Source: Candidatus Saccharibacteria bacterium oral taxon 488 (GTDB taxonomy: Bacteria > Patescibacteriota > Saccharimonadia > Saccharimonadales > Saccharimonadaceae). Taken from it: a stretch of 32,000 nt of DNA. The translations under genes and the position numbers were made by a program. Positions 8,417-17,240 of this stretch are shown piece by piece. The DNA lies in contig CP047921.1 in assembly GCA_010202845.1 (NCBI GenBank), positions 720,001 through 752,000 of the forward strand, given 5' to 3'. Under the pieces are notes generated by a model. It saw only the letters and a list, made by a program, of their open reading frames with translations. It did not search any database and was not told where the DNA came from. Position 1 is the stretch's first letter. Every line of letters starts with the position of its first letter.

Positions 8417-10828
8417 TCAACGAATTGGTCCATGTGGAGGTGTGACTATTCCTGCCCGTATAGCCCTGACATATTTGCCCAAGCTGCCCGGCATGTCACG
8501 CCAAAATTCATCGTCATATCGCCCCGACAAGACATCTGCCAAACGCTTGTCCTGATAGTGCTCGATTTGCTCGTATAGCTCACACAATCGCCAGATGATA
8601 AGCTGGTCGCTGTAGCTTGTTAAGCCTACATGTTTTAGGTTGTTAAACTGACCAACTAGCTGACGCATAATCTTAATGTTAGTATCTTCTGTAGACAGCA
8701 AGTCACTCACGAACTCATTTATATCAAACTTTCCTAACGGCGGTTTAACTAGGCTTATAAACTCAATAAATCTCGGCAGACACTTCTTCTCCTTCGCCTC
8801 TTTCGCTAACTCACCAAAATCTGCTTCGACACCCCAATACAATTCTTCTTCCTCTACAGAATCATTAGTAACCAGCCTACCGTCTCCAAACACATCATCA
8901 AACTCACCGCCCATCTCCTTGACTAATGGCTCCGCAAAACGCTTGTATTCACGGAATAGTTCGACACCCTTCCCGTCTTTTATTAAACCATTGATGACAT
9001 CCATGCAGCTACTATCAGCACCGTATCCATAGAGATTACGGTAAATATCTAGCTGGTCTATGCCATAACGCTTTTGATAGCGTTCGTCTCGCGTAAAGAA
9101 TACGCCCCTATCATAGAAAAATACCTTAAGCTTCTCCGCCTGATCAATATGGCGATCAAGGACCAGTCCACCCAGTTTGTCAATAGCCAAAATACCATGA
9201 TAAGCTATAGTTTCCACGTCCTCCACAAAATCACGTTCCGCTCGTGCAGATTGCAGCTTAGCGATACCGCCGTTTTTCCAGAAATAGCTTTCGCCAACAC
9301 TACTATCAGCCCCAAACCACAGCATCATGATGTCCCTTAGGGACAGATCCTCCCCCTTTTGCTGCTTGGTACAAATCTCATCAATCTTTTCGATTGTATG
9401 TATGGTGTCCAATTTATCCTGACCATTAGATAATTCACCGATTCTCTCATGCAGTGCATCTGTCATACACGACTCAACTCGACAGTCATCGCCATCAATC
9501 CCCAAAATCATTTTTATATCACCACCTTCACCCAGACACATCATGATACGAGGAATATTGTATCTACCGGTTGTGAATACAAGTATCTTAGTGATATTTC
9601 TATGGCCAAAGGAATCGTAACTTGATAGTGCAACCTTATACAAAAAGTCATAAATAGAGCCTGAGTCACCAGGGAACCAGCCGGTACATTGACCCTCAAG
9701 TAACGCCTGCACCTCCTCGGCTGTACCTTTTTGGGGCGTGGAAGAATCCTTATACTTACAAATTATTTCATGCCACTCCCCTTGAGTCTCTCGACGTCGC
9801 TCTTGCCCTAGGCCTGTTCGGATCGCTACCTCCCTGCCATACAGCTCACCAAACTTAGCCGCCTCCAGTTCATCGGGCCTATATTTCCACAAAGTTTCAT
9901 ATACCGCCTCAAGCGCCGCAGGATTTACCTCTGGCAAAAGTCTCTTGCTACCAGTTCGGCGAACATCAAATGTTTTGGTTTGCGGATTAAACTCTCCTAG
10001 TTCTGGACAGGCATCGATCACATAGGACAAAAACCAGTCAGGATATCTCCCGGCCTCCAATGCCGCCTTCCACTCGCCCAGACGCCCAAGCTGTGCCTTA
10101 TGAAAGTTACCAACCAACTTAATCTGCGTATCATGATTGTACCAAGCTTCGTCAAGGCCGAATCGTTCACTCCAACGAGGCGACGAAGATGATAACTGAC
10201 GCAGCTCCTCTTCACTAGGCAAACTGTTGACAATCTTACTTTCGGCCACCGGTATCGACATAATATATGAACGATACGGATATCTGTCCGGACCAGTATA
10301 CCAGTTGGGCTTGGTGGTACTTTGCTGAGGCGGCAGTGGCGATTCTTCCTCCTCTAAGTCTGTTGTTTTACCTAGGATATACCGAGTTAGCAACCTCAGC
10401 TTCTTTGTATCGTCAGCCGGATTTTTTGAACCGTATACATTCCCCAGGCGGCTATACCTCTTCACCAGTATCTCCAGGTTGCCATCCCGCCATTCACTAC
10501 CTAGCCTAGTAAAGATATCGCTTGCGAGTAGTCGCTCCAACTCCTCTGGAGTAGCATGCTCAGTCATGACGTCAAATACTGCAAATATTCTCGCGCTTCG
10601 TTCCTGAGACTTCCAGCCCTCCTCTGGATCTTTAAACTCATCCAAAGATATACGGAGAGCTTCCGCCATTTGGCCAGCTACATCAAACGTGTCGGGCGCT
10701 TCTTTTCGAAGTTGCGCTACAACCTGACCCATCTTGTCAGCGGAAACATAGTCTTTGCGAAGCTCACCTTCTAGGGTCGGATCAAGAGCGGGTCTATCAG
10801 GTGTCTCCCGATATTTATCAATCATCAT
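8417..10828 (-). CDS. hypothetical protein, 803 aa (ORFan to my eye)
   Basis: Long uninterrupted ORF with TATAAT 8 nt upstream of the ATG. It is acidic and soluble-looking, with no TM helices and no motif I can assign. Confidence 0.7.
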   Translation of the reverse strand: MMIDKYRETPDRPALDPTLEGELRKDYVSADKMGQVVAQLRKEAPDTFDVAGQMAEALRISLDEFKDPEEGWKSQERSARIFAVFDVMTEHATPEELERLLASDIFTRLGSEWRDGNLEILVKRYSRLGNVYGSKNPADDTKKLRLLTRYILGKTTDLEEEESPLPPQQSTTKPNWYTGPDRYPYRSYIMSIPVAESKIVNSLPSEEELRQLSSSSPRWSERFGLDEAWYNHDTQIKLVGNFHKAQLGRLGEWKAALEAGRYPDWFLSYVIDACPELGEFNPQTKTFDVRRTGSKRLLPEVNPAALEAVYETLWKYRPDELEAAKFGELYGREVAIRTGLGQERRRETQGEWHEIICKYKDSSTPQKGTAEEVQALLEGQCTGWFPGDSGSIYDFLYKVALSSYDSFGHRNITKILVFTTGRYNIPRIMMCLGEGGDIKMILGIDGDDCRVESCMTDALHERIGELSNGQDKLDTIHTIEKIDEICTKQQKGEDLSLRDIMMLWFGADSSVGESYFWKNGGIAKLQSARAERDFVEDVETIAYHGILAIDKLGGLVLDRHIDQAEKLKVFFYDRGVFFTRDERYQKRYGIDQLDIYRNLYGYGADSSCMDVINGLIKDGKGVELFREYKRFAEPLVKEMGGEFDDVFGDGRLVTNDSVEEEELYWGVEADFGELAKEAKEKKCLPRFIEFISLVKPPLGKFDINEFVSDLLSTEDTNIKIMRQLVGQFNNLKHVGLTSYSDQLIIWRLCELYEQIEHYQDKRLADVLSGRYDDEFWRDMPGSLGKYVRAIRAGIVTPPHGPIR

Positions 10829-10836
10829 TGATCACG

Positions 10837-10842
10837 ATTATA
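10837..10842 (-). promoter_or_regulatory. -10 box TATAAT, 8 nt upstream of the 803-aa gene start
   Basis: The minus strand reads TATAAT-CGTGATCA-ATG(10828), with no Shine-Dalgarno. Confidence 0.4.
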
Positions 10843-10874
10843 CTACTTTTTAATAATTTGTCAATTATATTATG

Positions 10875-12578
10875 CTAGCAGGTTGCACCCTGGCGAGTTT
10901 TCTTCAGTATCTCAGCAATCTTCTCCTTTTGCTCGGGGCTGTAGAAATAGCCTAACGCTTTACTCATACCACCGCCTTTCCCCTTAGCACGGTATCGTGA
11001 CGGCTGTCCAAAATTGGGGTCGTTCCTTATTAAACTATCAACTATCCTATCAAATAGAGGGGCACTACAATGTAACTCACGCATGATCTCTTTTTTTACT
11101 TGATACCCTTCAGGAGCCAACTCCGTATAGCCTTCACTTCTGAGATACTTACCTATCTTATCAACTTGCTCCGGTGACAAGCCTTCACGAATTCTCACCT
11201 GACCACTTTCAGCGACAAATCTATAGATTTCAGGCCGTAGGTTCAGCAAGTCCATGGCATCTCTCACCAATTTCAAACCCACCCCAAGGCGCTTTGTTGC
11301 CGTACTTATCATGGCATATCCCTCTGGTGGTGGAGGCGCAAATAACCCATTCTCCTGTGCTTTTCTCATAATCATTGCCTGCTGCTCCGGACTATAAAAC
11401 TCGTGCACCTGACCAGAACGACACTTTATACCATCAGATAGGACACCAGCTTTTTTAAGTTCTCTTGCTATCCTTATCAGTGCCATCACTGTCACATCTA
11501 CAGTTTTGGCGAGAGCAGTGATTGTCAAATACCCCTCTGGGGGCGGCTGTGTAAACAACCCTCTCTCCTCAAGCCTTTTTCGTATTACTTCAACCTGCTC
11601 TTCAGTAAAAATTGATTGCTCTTCTCCATACCAATCTCGCTTAGCTACACATCCCAACAAACCCTCCTGATTCAATTCAGCAATGTGTCTTACGATGGTG
11701 CGATACACTACTCCAAACTTAGCTGCCAATTGATTGGCATTCATCATCCCCTCTTCATTCGCCTGAGGGGGATTTAGATAATTACCCCCGCGCCGGGTAT
11801 CCACCCCAGCTGATTGCTGAATATCATTCGCTAGCGCCTCCACTAGGTGCGGCACAAACTGCTTGTCGCAGCGTACCGATACACCACAGTCTGGATATTG
11901 CTCCATCACCCCCGCAAGCTGCGTTTTCGTACAGGTAGCCAGCTTTGCCCGCTCTTCTTCTGGCAGCCGCGTTGTATCAAATACAAAGGTACCGTTACCG
12001 TAGGCGTCACAAATTAGCACCGTCCGCTCGAGCGGTGGGATATTCACCTCATGGTATGGCTCTTGGCGCATCATCGCTGTCTCCACTGACCCACGACGAA
12101 TCTGTAATGCTTCGCCGCTCGGCTCAATACCAAATTCATTTGCCAACACGAATAGCAGTGTTTTCAGCCGGGGTTGGCGAGTCGCCCTCTCACGGTGGGG
12201 CGCCTCGGACACACTGGCGGTAGGCCCGGGCCGCTCATCGGGTGGCACAAAGACATGGTCAGTCGATTCAATCTGGCCAATAACCGTATCAATAGCTATG
12301 AGCTGCTCCGCTTTGTCAGCAATATGGCCAAGCAACTCATTGAGCGGCTCTATGCCGTAGTAAGCAAACACCGCATTCTCCCTTTCACCAGAATTGTCTA
12401 GCCAAATCGTTGGCTGATGGTTGTATACTTGCACCATATCATTAATTAGCTGGATCAATTTATCCAAGGCAGCCTCAGCGTAGGTATCGACATTTTCAAC
12501 CGTCAACGGTTGATTAATAATTTCCTCTACACTGCTTGCAAAGTCCTTGCCATGATCAATACTACCGAGTCGCTCCAT
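10875..12578 (-). CDS. hypothetical protein, 567 aa, with four tandem ~71-aa HTH-like modules in the C-terminal half
   Basis: Modules at roughly aa 270-346, 347-417, 418-488 and 489-560 each follow the pattern (P)PEGY-x-helix-turn-helix-like segment-...-(Y/L)SPEQ-x3-I-x6-G. They resemble MerR/excisionase-type HTH units. The N-terminal 270 aa is unassigned. Confidence 0.7.
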   Translation of the reverse strand: MERLGSIDHGKDFASSVEEIINQPLTVENVDTYAEAALDKLIQLINDMVQVYNHQPTIWLDNSGERENAVFAYYGIEPLNELLGHIADKAEQLIAIDTVIGQIESTDHVFVPPDERPGPTASVSEAPHRERATRQPRLKTLLFVLANEFGIEPSGEALQIRRGSVETAMMRQEPYHEVNIPPLERTVLICDAYGNGTFVFDTTRLPEEERAKLATCTKTQLAGVMEQYPDCGVSVRCDKQFVPHLVEALANDIQQSAGVDTRRGGNYLNPPQANEEGMMNANQLAAKFGVVYRTIVRHIAELNQEGLLGCVAKRDWYGEEQSIFTEEQVEVIRKRLEERGLFTQPPPEGYLTITALAKTVDVTVMALIRIARELKKAGVLSDGIKCRSGQVHEFYSPEQQAMIMRKAQENGLFAPPPPEGYAMISTATKRLGVGLKLVRDAMDLLNLRPEIYRFVAESGQVRIREGLSPEQVDKIGKYLRSEGYTELAPEGYQVKKEIMRELHCSAPLFDRIVDSLIRNDPNFGQPSRYRAKGKGGGMSKALGYFYSPEQKEKIAEILKKTRQGATC

Positions 12579-12585
12579 GTACGAT

Positions 12586-12594
12586 ATTATAGCA
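12586..12594 (-). promoter_or_regulatory. extended -10 box TGCTATAAT, 7 nt upstream of ATG 12578 (leaderless)
   Basis: The minus strand reads TGCTATAAT-ATCGTAC-ATG, with no Shine-Dalgarno. Confidence 0.5.
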
Positions 12595-12775
12595 TCTTAT
12601 ACTATTATTGTAAATAGTGGGCCCTCTCAATCACAAATAACCACCTTAACCCAGCCACATATTCTTTACTGAATCCCATAATGGCACACTCATGTCTTTA
12701 TCAAATTGAAAATTTAGTTCTCATTAGTGGATTATCGGGTCGGCAAGGGCGCTCAATCCTCTATAATAATGTCTT

Positions 12776-13744
12776 TTAATAGGTCGGTTTAGAATAAGCC
12801 TGCTGTTCGCCATAGCCGATGCGTAGCAAAATAGTCGGATATTCTCCGGCCAGACCCAGTGTCTTTGCCATTTCTGCGGCAATTTCTGGCTGCTCATTTG
12901 GCTGGTTCAGATAGGCATGAGCGATCCCAAGCTCCGTGGCAGTCAGCAAGAAACGCTGCAGCGTCCGACCCAAACTCACCCATTCGCACCGACTATTTTC
13001 TCTCGTCGTAAAAAGAACCAGATGAGAAGCCGATGCTATCTTTTCGCGATCGGCCTTATTCTGCGTCTTAGCATTGATAGCCATCGACATGATCGGCTCA
13101 GCCATCCAGCGCGGCACATTAGGCGCGCCAAACACAGCATAACTCAGCCCGTCAAGTGTTTGATCTTGATGCTTCTTGTTAAATCGCATCCAGCTTTTCA
13201 ATTCAGCCTTAAACGCCTCATTTTGCATTTGACGTACATTTCCTTGAAAGACACATTGTTCAATATCATGAAATTGCTCTGTTTGATGTGCGTAATAATG
13301 AACTGAGACACCCTTTTCATTGCTAACGGATTGTAGTTTCTTTAGTGCATCCGGAGCAATTTCCTCACCGGTATAAATGCTACGATTAATCTGCCGTGCA
13401 TCTATCTGTTCGAACAATGGACTCGGCTTGATACCAGCATCTTCTGTAAGTGAAATCGTGATAACTCCCGTATCACCAATTGAAATGGTAGATTTATAGC
13501 CCTTGGTTTGCGCTGCCAAGCAGAGGTTCTCGGCTGCACAGCCCAGACTCACGAATAACTCCCTGTTGTCAGGGTCGACTACTGGTAGCTTTCTGTCAAA
13601 ATCAGGATAAATTTCTACCGCCGACTCGTTCTGACGAAATTTCCACGGCTGAGTATTATGGCCTGACGGCGCCTTGACAGCTTGCGCAACCAAAAATTCA
13701 AAGCTAGCTGATGATATGTTGTTACTGCGAGACATTCTTACCAT
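12776..13744 (-). CDS. Acg-type (double-domain) nitroreductase family FMN oxidoreductase
   Basis: The N-terminal AVKAPSGHNTQPWKF motif and the ~320-aa two-lobed length match the Acg/Rv2032-like nitroreductase family. The start is ambiguous (TTG 13756, ATG 13744 or ATG 13735). Confidence 0.7.
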   Translation of the reverse strand: MVRMSRSNNISSASFEFLVAQAVKAPSGHNTQPWKFRQNESAVEIYPDFDRKLPVVDPDNRELFVSLGCAAENLCLAAQTKGYKSTISIGDTGVITISLTEDAGIKPSPLFEQIDARQINRSIYTGEEIAPDALKKLQSVSNEKGVSVHYYAHQTEQFHDIEQCVFQGNVRQMQNEAFKAELKSWMRFNKKHQDQTLDGLSYAVFGAPNVPRWMAEPIMSMAINAKTQNKADREKIASASHLVLFTTRENSRCEWVSLGRTLQRFLLTATELGIAHAYLNQPNEQPEIAAEMAKTLGLAGEYPTILLRIGYGEQQAYSKPTY

Positions 13745-13832
13745 AATTCTACCCAATACACGAGCCTTCCCATCTCGTTAGCTACTTCTTATAACCAAGT
13801 ATACTCACCCTATAGGAGCGAGGTCAATCAAT

Positions 13833-13943
13833 ATCGCCAAGACTAAGCTTTCAGCCATTCTTCTTGAAATCATTGTAATCCTCGTTAGATGCCAGGAAAA
13901 AGCCTGACTATCCTACTTACACCATTCTAACCGCCTGAGTCAT
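13833..13943 (-). pseudogene. lepA: decayed copy of the first ~135 nt of the lepA C half (junction remnant C')
   Basis: The minus strand starts with ATGACT, as the real C half does. It then reads ...GGCTTTTTCCTGGCATCTAACGAGGATTACAATGATTTCAAGAAG..., which aligns to lepA 8229-8366 (GFFPVSNEDYNDLKEAIEKLSL). It carries an internal deletion, a 1-nt indel and an in-frame TAA. Confidence 0.75.
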
Positions 13944-14031
13944 GACCTTAGGCGGGCGAGAGTGTTCTATGTATTGCCAGACAGATGTCGCAGGCTAGAT
14001 TGGTCTATATTACCAACTCGTATGCATGTTC

Positions 14032-16647
14032 CTATACGAGCCTATCTAGCCCCTGTCCAAGTTTGATACTGTAAGGATAAGCTGGGTCAAAAACTTCTGC
14101 GCGTTCAAAATCGATCGGCCGCATTGATGCAATACGGTATTGCCCATTATCATCCCTGCTATACTCAATGATAAAATCTTTCAAACGCCATGGTTTATCA
14201 ATCCCTGTATCATGCCGTACGGTCTCAGCGATGTCTTGTATGCGCGAAAGGGCGTCAGTCATCAGCTCTCGCTGATTTGACTCCGGCACAGCATTGTCCA
14301 CAAAGAAATTGCGTACCGTTCGCCCGCTCTCGCCATTTATCTTCTCCATCACAACAAAACCTTGTTGCCCGTTCGTAAAGACCCGAGCAATTGGCTTTGG
14401 CGCGTCAACGCCAAGCTTGCGTAGCAACAAAAGCGCCTCGAACTCATCGACTGGCCCCCGACGCTTTGCCTCCACGACATTCTTCACAATCACCTCGGTG
14501 TCGCCAGCAAGCGATAGCCCAAAAACTGCCTCACCAGGATACGGATCGTTTGGGTTCGCTATTTTGAGTGATGTCGCCGACTGCAGTAGTTCGGTGCCAA
14601 TATCAGGACTTGAGAACAGTTCGGATAACTGGCCTTTTACTGCCTCACTATAACTACTGTCGATCCTCATTTCTCGCTGATTTTCCAGGCTTCTCACTTC
14701 GTAACCCAAGTTAACCGGCTCCGTGTTTTTTAGCTCGCGAGTATAGTAATGCCGGTGCAGAGCTAGCTGTGTCATACGAAAAGCCAGACGTTCACTGGGG
14801 CTAGTCGGTCGACTATACGGTTCCAACCGGCCATCTTCAGTGCGATACAAACCCCCTGCTGACTCTTCGTCCTTGACATTGTATTCTATAGTATCTACTA
14901 TATTATTTCTTTCCAGCTTGTCACCTTTCAGACCCAGCACCGTTCTTGGTCGGTCTCTTGCACTAAGCAGTCTAATTCGGCTATCATAATCATAGTCTGA
15001 CCCTGGCACCCCTAGCACGCTCATGATATCGTCAGGAATCGTTCCTGTAAATCCAGTGTCATAGTAATGGGCGGCGTCTGGGTGCTGGATATGAGAACGC
15101 AGGTACTCGCCTTTTACTTCGTCGTTAAAGTTATTGCAAAACTTTCGCGGATACACAAGGTAGGTAGGAAACTCTATGAGCGACCCGCCTGTCGCACGGC
15201 TACTCATACCGAGTTTGCGGCGGCGGGCGTAGAGTTGAGCACGGCGCCCCACGTACGCATAGACACCGTCACGACCGAGGAATACTTCTTCAAATTCTCT
15301 CTCGCCTATCCGCTTAGTGTCCCACTCGGCAAACAATCTATCGTAGTAGCCAGTATCAACTTCAAGTACCTGATTGAATATTTTAGCCGCTCTTTCCAGG
15401 GTTTCAGATATATCAATCTCTCCCATCTCGGCTATATAGTCTGCCACCAGCCTGCGGTAGGTCGGCCAGGCATCACCCGTCTTGTCTCCTCGCCCACCGA
15501 ATAACTCTTGGACATACCGGTCTCCGTACCGCGACGCTATATCCTTCTGCAGTTTATCGTAGGCCTGTTTAATAGTCTCTCTCAATCTCCTATCATCTTC
15601 GGTTTTGGGAAGTCGCAAACGTCGATCGGCCTGAACCGCTCTTTTGTGAAATTCCGTCCCCGGTCGAGATGATGTCACATGCTCTATGTCACCCGCCTCG
15701 TCTGCGTATGGATGATATTTCACTATACCGCGCAGCTCTGGCTTGAGTTCGGCAATATATGCACGTAACCTAGACGCCTCTTCTGCACCAATAAGCCCCT
15801 CCAGGTCAAGCTGAGTAACTTTTTGCGCAGTCGAGTAGTGGTTTGCACATGCCCACAATACAGTACTCCGTGCGACTGTGTCCATACCGTAGTATGATAA
15901 ATGACCAAGGACGGCATCTGCTAGATCGTCGCTTAATTTTATCTTATCTATACAGCTAAGGACTATTTCTGGGGCAGTTTCACCAAAGACATATACGCAT
16001 TGCAGTACCTGTAATTCATAGCCGGCATCAATGAGTTCGTAGGCGATACTAGCATCAAGGCCGGTAAAGTTCTTGAGGTAGCCAGCAACTACATCACCGT
16101 GGCCGGTATTGATGATTTTGTGGGCAATTTCATTGTGATCGAGACCAGTAAAGTTCTTGAGGTAGTAGGTGACTGTCCCACAATTACCAGCATCGATGAG
16201 TTTGTGGGCAATTTCATTGTGATCAAGGCCGGTGAAGTTCTTGAGGTAGTAGGCAACTGTCCCACTCTCACAGGCATCGATGAGTTTGTGGGCAATACTA
16301 GCATCAAGGCCGGTGAAGCTATCGAGGTTGCGGGCAACTGCCCGACCATGGCCGGCATTGATGAGTTTGTGGATGTCATGGTTCGTCAATTGATGGTTAG
16401 AATTCTCGCTTACCAGAGTCTCAAGCAACTCATCAACAGTGTATGTATCTTCTACCGCCTGCTTAAACCCTCTCTCACCATCTCGCGCAACATGACCAAC
16501 AAGAGAATTCTCGACACAAGAAAGACCTTCGTGATTCTCTGCCCGACCCGCAGAGTCCCCTGTCAAGTCTTCAGAGTCCAATGAACCTTCGGTTATGTAT
16601 TCAGAATCATCTACTCTTATAATTTTTCCTGTTTCGTGACCGTTCAT
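14032..16647 (-). CDS. hypothetical multidomain protein, 871 aa (N-terminal 27/28-aa helical repeats, C-terminal kinase-like region)
   Basis: AAGGAAAAA Shine-Dalgarno. Aa ~90-230 carry 4-5 repeats of HKLIDAGxxGxVxxYLKNFTGLD(HNE/AS)IA. The centre has FLGRDGVYAY ... YYDTGFTGTIPDD, faintly HAD-like. The last ~170 aa carry VIVK, EFEALLLLRKLG, VVMEKINGES and PIDFERAE, spaced like an APH/choline-kinase/RIO-type fold. Confidence 0.7.
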   Translation of the reverse strand: MNGHETGKIIRVDDSEYITEGSLDSEDLTGDSAGRAENHEGLSCVENSLVGHVARDGERGFKQAVEDTYTVDELLETLVSENSNHQLTNHDIHKLINAGHGRAVARNLDSFTGLDASIAHKLIDACESGTVAYYLKNFTGLDHNEIAHKLIDAGNCGTVTYYLKNFTGLDHNEIAHKIINTGHGDVVAGYLKNFTGLDASIAYELIDAGYELQVLQCVYVFGETAPEIVLSCIDKIKLSDDLADAVLGHLSYYGMDTVARSTVLWACANHYSTAQKVTQLDLEGLIGAEEASRLRAYIAELKPELRGIVKYHPYADEAGDIEHVTSSRPGTEFHKRAVQADRRLRLPKTEDDRRLRETIKQAYDKLQKDIASRYGDRYVQELFGGRGDKTGDAWPTYRRLVADYIAEMGEIDISETLERAAKIFNQVLEVDTGYYDRLFAEWDTKRIGEREFEEVFLGRDGVYAYVGRRAQLYARRRKLGMSSRATGGSLIEFPTYLVYPRKFCNNFNDEVKGEYLRSHIQHPDAAHYYDTGFTGTIPDDIMSVLGVPGSDYDYDSRIRLLSARDRPRTVLGLKGDKLERNNIVDTIEYNVKDEESAGGLYRTEDGRLEPYSRPTSPSERLAFRMTQLALHRHYYTRELKNTEPVNLGYEVRSLENQREMRIDSSYSEAVKGQLSELFSSPDIGTELLQSATSLKIANPNDPYPGEAVFGLSLAGDTEVIVKNVVEAKRRGPVDEFEALLLLRKLGVDAPKPIARVFTNGQQGFVVMEKINGESGRTVRNFFVDNAVPESNQRELMTDALSRIQDIAETVRHDTGIDKPWRLKDFIIEYSRDDNGQYRIASMRPIDFERAEVFDPAYPYSIKLGQGLDRLV
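16022..16400 (-). repeat. in-frame tandem repeat, about 4.5 units of 81/84 bp, inside the 871-aa gene
   Basis: Unit starts are at 16022, 16103, 16187, 16271 and 16352. Units 16103-16186 and 16187-16270 are near-identical at the DNA level. Confidence 0.9.
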
Positions 16648-16881
16648 TTTTTCCTTTTACCTATTGATGATTATGGTCTATATTGTAATATATAGCCACT
16701 GAACGCCGCAAGTATTCTATTCTAAAGTGTCTTACTCGCAGGATTAGGTTTGCAGCTCAGAGAGGACTGTTCCGCCATATTTAGCATGGCGTATCTAACG
16801 ACTATGGTCATGGTGGATCGGCTGAGGGGATCGGGTCTTGACATGGTTTTTCAATCAGCTTGATTTAGCAAAATACTTGGT

Positions 16882-17196
16882 TTACTCCCACCGCCGCGTG
16901 CTATTGATCTCGTGCTTCTCAAAATACACTTCCGCCAAATTAACATCAAACCGATTCGCCAGCTCCATCAAATAATTCAGTACATCCGCAAATTCCTCGT
17001 GCAGATTATCATGGTTATCAGGTCTTTTTTCTCCCTTAAATCCCGTCTCTTTGCGAATCGCTTTCGCCAGCTCGCCAACCTCCTCAGTAAACAATAAGAA
17101 TACTTCGGTAACAGAATTTTTATCCCATCCTTTTTCTTTACACGTTTGATCGAGGTGTTTTTGTAATTCAGTTAAGCTGATTGTTTGTGGATTCAT
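16882..17196 (-). CDS. MazG-like nucleoside triphosphate pyrophosphohydrolase (small, single domain)
   Basis: 104 aa with the EEVGELAKAIRK ... EEFADVLNYLMELA motif pair typical of the all-alpha MazG/NTP-PPase fold. GAGGAGAAG Shine-Dalgarno. Confidence 0.8.
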   Translation of the reverse strand: MNPQTISLTELQKHLDQTCKEKGWDKNSVTEVFLLFTEEVGELAKAIRKETGFKGEKRPDNHDNLHEEFADVLNYLMELANRFDVNLAEVYFEKHEINSTRRWE

Positions 17197-17240
17197 ACTT
17201 CTCCTCTATTTATCTCGTTATCGACGCGAATGGCTTGCGT

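Noticed and set aside
9656-9670. GDSGS in the 803-aa protein (QCTGWFPGDSGSIYDF), reminiscent of the trypsin-like serine protease active site GDSGGP.
   Set aside because: It is an isolated pentapeptide. I see no convincing His and Asp catalytic motifs at the expected upstream spacing, so no protease call is justified without a profile or structure search.
16022-16400. Possible CRISPR array or non-coding satellite suggested by regular ~84-bp periodicity.
   Set aside because: The units are contiguous with no unique spacers. They are in frame within a long ORF and translate to a coherent 27/28-aa protein repeat.
16840-16881. A fourth lepA junction remnant suggested by the string TTTTTCAA, shared with the lepA N-half end.
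   Set aside because: Similarity does not extend beyond those 8 nt, and the adjacent sequence is the MazG-like gene's own 3' end.
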